Shown: one piece after another, positions 25,986 through 32,000 of the stretch
How the letters are laid out: the number at the start of each line of letters is the position of its first letter
Position numbering within the stretch: position 1 is the first letter of the stretch
Assembly: GCF_001997385.1 (NCBI RefSeq)
Contig: NZ_CP019633.1
Span: 1,980,001-2,012,000 of the forward strand
Source: Sedimentisphaera cyanobacteriorum
GTDB taxonomy: Bacteria > Planctomycetota > Phycisphaerae > Sedimentisphaerales > Sedimentisphaeraceae
DNA length: 32,000 nucleotides
Reading direction: 5' to 3'
Program-made: the position numbers and the translations under genes
Notes under the pieces: generated by a model
The model's database searches: none
What the model was told of the DNA's origin: nothing
Seen by the model: the letters and a program-made list of their open reading frames with translations, nothing else

Positions 25986-26036
25986 ACGGAGACAGAATCG
26001 AGCTTTTGGGTTTAACCCCTTGGGCTCATAGAGATA

Positions 26037-26110
26037 TGGGCTCGTAGCTCAGCCGGCTAGAGCGTTCGCCTGATAAGCGAGAGGTCGAAGGTTCGAGTCC
26101 TTCCGGGCCC
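26037..26110 (+). tRNA. tRNA-Ile (anticodon GAT)
   Basis: Hand-folded. Acceptor GGGCTCG/CGGGCCC plus A. D-stem GCTC/GAGC. Anticodon loop CTGATAA. T-arm GAAGG-TTCGAGT-CCTTC. Confidence 0.92.
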
Positions 26111-26120
26111 ACTGTTATCA

Positions 26121-26194
26121 GGGGGCTGTAGCTCAGCTGGGAGAGCATCTGGTTTGCATCCAGAAGGTCGTCGGTTCGAATCCGTCCAGCTCCA
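26121..26194 (+). tRNA. tRNA-Ala (anticodon TGC)
   Basis: Hand-folded. Acceptor GGGGCTG/CAGCTCC with the diagnostic G3:U70 pair. Anticodon loop TTTGCAT. T-loop TTCGAAT. Confidence 0.92.
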
Positions 26195-26195
26195 A

Positions 26196-26208
26196 TGTTC
26201 TTTAACAA
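26196..26208 (+). promoter_or_regulatory. Spacer boxA element upstream of 23S
   Basis: TGTTCTTTAACAA matches the boxA consensus at 12 of 13 positions. It sits immediately after tRNA-Ala, the position of the spacer boxA in classical rrn operons. Confidence 0.65.
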
Positions 26209-26340
26209 TTAAATAGAGATAGCGAAAAGGTTAATTGTACCCATACAAATAAGCGGTACAATTTCACTGTAGATTAACACATATACCTAAGTTAGTTTTT
26301 TTCAATAAGGCGAACACATTAGTCAGTTAATGATTGATGT

Positions 26341-29147
<2,807 letters not shown>

Positions 29148-29238
29148 ATATCAATCATTGATTGACTTAACGTAGGTAAACGTTAATCCGCTGTCTCTTT
29201 TTCTTTGAATATAACGCTCATTTGAGCTTATAATAATC

Positions 29239-29345
29239 TTGCTGGTGACTATACTGAAGGGGAAACGCCTGATCCCATTCCGAACTCAGAAGCTAAGCCC
29301 TTCAGGCCGATGATAGTCTAAGCGAAAGTAGGTGATCGCCAGCTT
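29239..29345 (+). rRNA. rrf: 5S ribosomal RNA, unusually short (about 103-107 nt; ends +/-3 nt)
   Basis: Contains CCCATTCCGAACTCAGAAG and GCCGATGATAGT. Helix I pairs GCTGGTGA (29241-29248) with TGATCGCCAGC (29333-29343). The segment corresponding to E. coli helices IV/V is about 11 nt shorter. Confidence 0.88.
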
Positions 29346-29349
29346 TATG

Positions 29350-29381
29350 AAGCTCCTCAGGGAAACTTGAGGAGCTTTTTT
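29350..29381 (+). terminator. Rho-independent terminator of the rrn operon
   Basis: An 11-bp stem AAGCTCCTCAG / TTGAGGAGCTT with loop GGAAAC, followed by a T6 tract, 5 nt after the 5S. Confidence 0.9.
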
Positions 29382-29527
29382 AATGCAATGGCAGAAAAAG
29401 TGAATAATACTGGGGCAATAAAACTGCAGGACAAAGCCTCTTAGCGCGAACCACCAACACCTTATCAGCAAGATAATAATACACGGAAGGGAATAAATTT
29501 TTTCAGACATCCTGAATGGTTCATAAA

Positions 29528-29555
29528 TTGATATCAGAATTATTAATGGTATAAT
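29528..29555 (+). promoter_or_regulatory. Sigma70-type promoter with extended -10 for the Panacea-antitoxin operon
   Basis: TTGATA (29528-29533), a 16-nt spacer ending in TGG, then TATAAT (29550-29555). It lies 85 nt upstream of the ATG at 29641. Confidence 0.55.
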
Positions 29556-29640
29556 AGCTTTTACTTTTGAAGACGGCAAACTATTGTATATGAATATTCG
29601 TAAATTCTATTTAAAGGAAGTGATTTTGAGACTGTAAGCT

Positions 29641-30165
29641 ATGTTAAGAAATAAAATACATTTCGATTTTAGAAAAGAAAATGCCATTCAAGCTGTAATG
29701 TGGTTTTTGAGCAGGCACGGATATAGATTAGACCAGATGAAAGCATTGAAACTGATGTATCTTGCCGATAAGGCCCATTTGGCAAAGTACGGCAGGCCAA
29801 TTGCAGGGGGCAGCTACTACGCAATGAGATATGGTCCTGTTTGCTCAGAGCTTTACGACCTTTTCAAAGACCCCTCTGGTATCCCTTTTCACTTAGAAGA
29901 CAATTTTCTAAAGGCAGATGAATGCGAATATGAAGAAGATTGTTTGTCTGAATCTGATAAAGAGATTTTGTCTGAGATAAATGAAAAATTTGGCTCCAAA
30001 GATCCGTTTTCTTTAAGCAGCTACACTCACGAATTACCTGAATATAAAAATATATGGGATGAGAACAGAAAAGAGGGCAGGAAAAAAATAGATTATGAAA
30101 GCATTATTAACGATGAGGAAATGAAGGAGATAATTGTGGATGACCAGTCTGCTTGGGATTTTTGA
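29641..30165 (+). CDS. Panacea-domain (DUF4065, SocA/GepA-like) type II antitoxin
   Basis: 174-aa ORF. The block MKALKLMYLADKAHLAKYGRPIAGGSYYAMRYGPVCSELYDLFKD fits the DUF4065 core pattern (KL.YL.D..HL...GRPI.G..Y.A...GPV.S..YD). The C-terminal LSSYTHELPEYKNIW resembles the family LS..SH....W block. Confidence 0.85.
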   Translation: MLRNKIHFDFRKENAIQAVMWFLSRHGYRLDQMKALKLMYLADKAHLAKYGRPIAGGSYYAMRYGPVCSELYDLFKDPSGIPFHLEDNFLKADECEYEEDCLSESDKEILSEINEKFGSKDPFSLSSYTHELPEYKNIWDENRKEGRKKIDYESIINDEEMKEIIVDDQSAWDF

Positions 30166-30416
30166 TGGACTTGCCAGAATCTTTAACAATAGATAAAATT
30201 CTCAACACACCTGGCGCCGCTTTCAGAGCAGTGCTTCAAGAAGAAAACGAAAAGTTCAGGTTTTATTTCATAGCAAACTCAGACCCGCAAAATCAAGATA
30301 AATTATTGATGCTTACTGCCACATCCCGCATAGAAAGTGTAAGGAAAAAATTTCCGAAAGAAGTGCTTGTGCTTATAAAAAAAGCGATTTCCCCCAGCTT
30401 GAAGAGGATTCATTGA
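30165..30416 (+). CDS. Hypothetical protein; candidate toxin partner (N-terminal part if fused with 30413-30607)
   Basis: The ATG at 30165 overlaps the upstream stop (TGATG, 30163-30167), indicating translational coupling. The track start at 30153 is a TTG. Product: MDLPESLTIDKILNTPGAAFRAVLQEENEKFRFYFIANSDPQNQDKLLMLTATSRIESVRKKFPKEVLVLIKKAISPSLKRIH. No motif I can name. Confidence 0.5.
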   Translation: MDLPESLTIDKILNTPGAAFRAVLQEENEKFRFYFIANSDPQNQDKLLMLTATSRIESVRKKFPKEVLVLIKKAISPSLKRIH

Positions 30417-30607
30417 TTAATTGTGAGATGGCAAAAGTGAAATTGAAATCACAGCTCAGAGATAGTCTATTAAAGGCTAACGATAACGGCAATTTGCTGT
30501 TCTTAGCCCCGCTTCCTGAATCGCTTCTTGTAAAAGTGCGTACATCGATCGCAAAGTGCAAAACAATTCCTCCAATAGACAAAAGACTTGCAATTGCTGA
30601 AGAGTGA
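30413..30607 (+). CDS. Hypothetical protein; probable C-terminal part of the candidate toxin (frame -1 relative to 30165-30416)
   Basis: The TTG start overlaps the upstream stop (TTGA). The first ATG is at 30428 (MAKVKLKSQL...). This frame is already open from 30302, i.e. 37 codons upstream of the annotated start in AT-rich DNA. Confidence 0.45.
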   Translation: MINCEMAKVKLKSQLRDSLLKANDNGNLLFLAPLPESLLVKVRTSIAKCKTIPPIDKRLAIAEE

Positions 30608-30627
30608 ATATTCCTGCGCTGTTAATT

Positions 30628-31488
30628 TCAGCCCTTTTCCTTGTAGTGCGGTTTTTGAGCCCATTTAAGTTTGTATGCCAGCACGTCCCATTCGGTTTTA
30701 TCGGGGTTGCTGATTATCTCGAAATTTTGCGGGCTTTTTTCAATTTTAATGCTCTCAACGTCATTTAGCTCGGCAATGTTTTGCCCGTCTGCATTTACAG
30801 AAGAGCCCTCGTTCACCGAGAGAGGGTATATATGAATCACCTTCCTCGAATCCACCACCACCGGCCTGAAGCTCAGCGAATGGGGATTGAGCGGGGTAAT
30901 GCAAACCGCCTCTACATCGTTTGATATAATCGGCCCGCCCGCTGAGAGGTTGTATGCTGTTGAGCCTGTGGGGGTGCAAACAACGATTCCGTCGCCAACG
31001 CAGCTTGTTACCGGGCTGGAATTGACCTCGATTTCCATTTCAATCGTGTTGAATGGCCGCCCGGAGTTTATTGCTATGTCGTTAAGTGCGCATGCCGTCT
31101 CCACTGTACCGTCTTTTTTCACCGTCTCGCAGTTTATCAGCTGTTTCTTCTCAACAGCGAATCGGCCTTTGAAAATCTGGTCGAAATGCTTCTCGAGATG
31201 TTCTAAGCTGAATTCTGCGAGGAATCCGAGCCTTCCCATATTTATCCCCGCAGCGGGTATTCCCGCTCCGAGAAGGCTGTGTGCTGCGTGCAGGATAGAC
31301 CCATCCCCGCCTATTACAACAGCGATATCGGCAATGCCGGCAAAGTCTGCGCAGTTTTTTCTGCCGAAGCAGTTTTCGAGAATTTCCGCTTTGCCCTCGG
31401 CGAACTTCCTGAACACTTCAACCGCCTCGGCGGATTCTTTCCTTTTTATGTCTGCAAAATATATCAGCTTCATAAGGAGTACTTTCAT
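30628..31488 (-). CDS. nadK: NAD(+) kinase
   Basis: Blocks are VVIGGDGSILHAA, GINMGRLGFL, LNDIAI and GDGIVVCTPTGSTAYNLSAGGPI. The track start (31614) adds about 42 non-conserved residues. ATGs at 31488 (MKVLLMKLIYF) or 31473 give the normal ~285-aa length. The start is uncertain. Confidence 0.85.
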   Translation of the reverse strand: MKVLLMKLIYFADIKRKESAEAVEVFRKFAEGKAEILENCFGRKNCADFAGIADIAVVIGGDGSILHAAHSLLGAGIPAAGINMGRLGFLAEFSLEHLEKHFDQIFKGRFAVEKKQLINCETVKKDGTVETACALNDIAINSGRPFNTIEMEIEVNSSPVTSCVGDGIVVCTPTGSTAYNLSAGGPIISNDVEAVCITPLNPHSLSFRPVVVDSRKVIHIYPLSVNEGSSVNADGQNIAELNDVESIKIEKSPQNFEIISNPDKTEWDVLAYKLKWAQKPHYKEKG

Positions 31489-31699
31489 TAAAGAGAAAGT
31501 TTTGTACAAACTTTTCTGATTATATAAAATCCACCCTTTCAAATAAAGCTTTTTTATCCGCCCAGTTCTGATTTTTCTCTTCAGCATTAGCGTGCGTACG
31601 AATTTCGGCGCCAATTGCTTGCAATTCCGAGAGTATAGTATATATTCGATATTGTGTTACAAATGGAATTAACCAGCTTTGTTTTAAGGCTTAGATATT

Positions 31700-31972
31700 A
31701 TGATATGTAAAAAATGCGGCAAAAGAATCGGCGATACAGATAAATACTGCCCCGAATGCGGCACAGCTCAGTACGGAAAGCGAGAATCGAATATCCCGCA
31801 AAAAAGCGAAGACAAGCTCCCCGAGAGGTTCAGGGAAGTTGTTAAAACCATTCTTACCGCTTCAATAATAATGCTGATTTTCTGGATTATAATCAGGCAG
31901 CCTCGTATAATGGTAATAGCGGCGATTTTCAGCCTGATAACCTTTTTTCTGATCAGGATAAACAAACGTTAG
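31700..31972 (+). CDS. Zinc-ribbon domain membrane protein
   Basis: The N-terminal CKKCG...x10...CPECG is a zinc ribbon. The C-terminal half (ILTASIIMLIFWIIIRQPRIMVIAAIFSLITFFLI) is predicted to span the membrane twice. Confidence 0.6.
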   Translation: MICKKCGKRIGDTDKYCPECGTAQYGKRESNIPQKSEDKLPERFREVVKTILTASIIMLIFWIIIRQPRIMVIAAIFSLITFFLIRINKR

Positions 31973-32000
31973 GGAGATAGGGTTGAGTTCGATTGACAGA

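Noticed and set aside
25986-26036. Searched the rrn leader and the rest of the window for a 16S gene or a remnant of one (for example the 3'-terminal CACCTCCTT).
   Set aside because: None was found. Every stretch longer than 1 kb in the window is accounted for by protein genes or the 23S, so the 16S is genuinely absent from this window.
29286-29579. A 97-aa minus-strand ORF with a hydrophobic product, possibly a small membrane protein next to the TA module.
   Set aside because: Its 3' third runs through the rrn terminator hairpin and into the 5S rRNA gene (stop at 29286). It has no RBS. The hydrophobicity is explained by translating AT-rich DNA.

Overview
This is a chromosomal window that I place in a PVC-group bacterium, most likely Planctomycetota (Phycisphaerae-like). 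That placement is an inference from three things: a 16S-less tRNA-Ile/tRNA-Ala/23S/5S operon, a very short 5S rRNA, and many secreted LamG / dockerin-like / GH43 / sulfatase proteins. Housekeeping genes are cstA (partial, runs off the left edge), rsmH, a purA-uppS-hflX block, a purC-amidase-GT39 block, two SDR-type oxidoreductases, nadK and tRNA-Pro(CGG). A glycan-degradation cluster spans 16.0-25.7 kb: two GH43 enzymes (one fused to LamG and a dockerin-like tail), two tandem LamG/dockerin-like paralogs, a Tat-exported sulfatase and an orphan LamG-BNR-LamG protein. A further GH43 and a Tat metallophosphoesterase lie at 2.5-4.6 kb. The rRNA locus (25.8-29.4 kb) has two sigma70-type promoters, a leader boxA, tRNA-Ile, tRNA-Ala, a spacer boxA, 23S, 5S and a strong terminator, but no 16S. 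Three intergenic patches (about 4.7-5.2, 10.8-11.5 and 15.6-15.9 kb) carry one mosaic repeat family that includes a copy-number-variable heptamer array. A four-helix-bundle gene next to tRNA-Pro is a pseudogene. The best candidate for something new is a low-GC islet directly 3' of the rrn terminator (29.4-30.6 kb). It encodes a Panacea/DUF4065 (SocA-like) antitoxin translationally coupled to an unrecognisable partner. That partner is split into two ORFs exactly at an A7 tract lying in an A_AAA_AAA -1 slippery configuration. I saw no CRISPR arrays, transposases or integrases.
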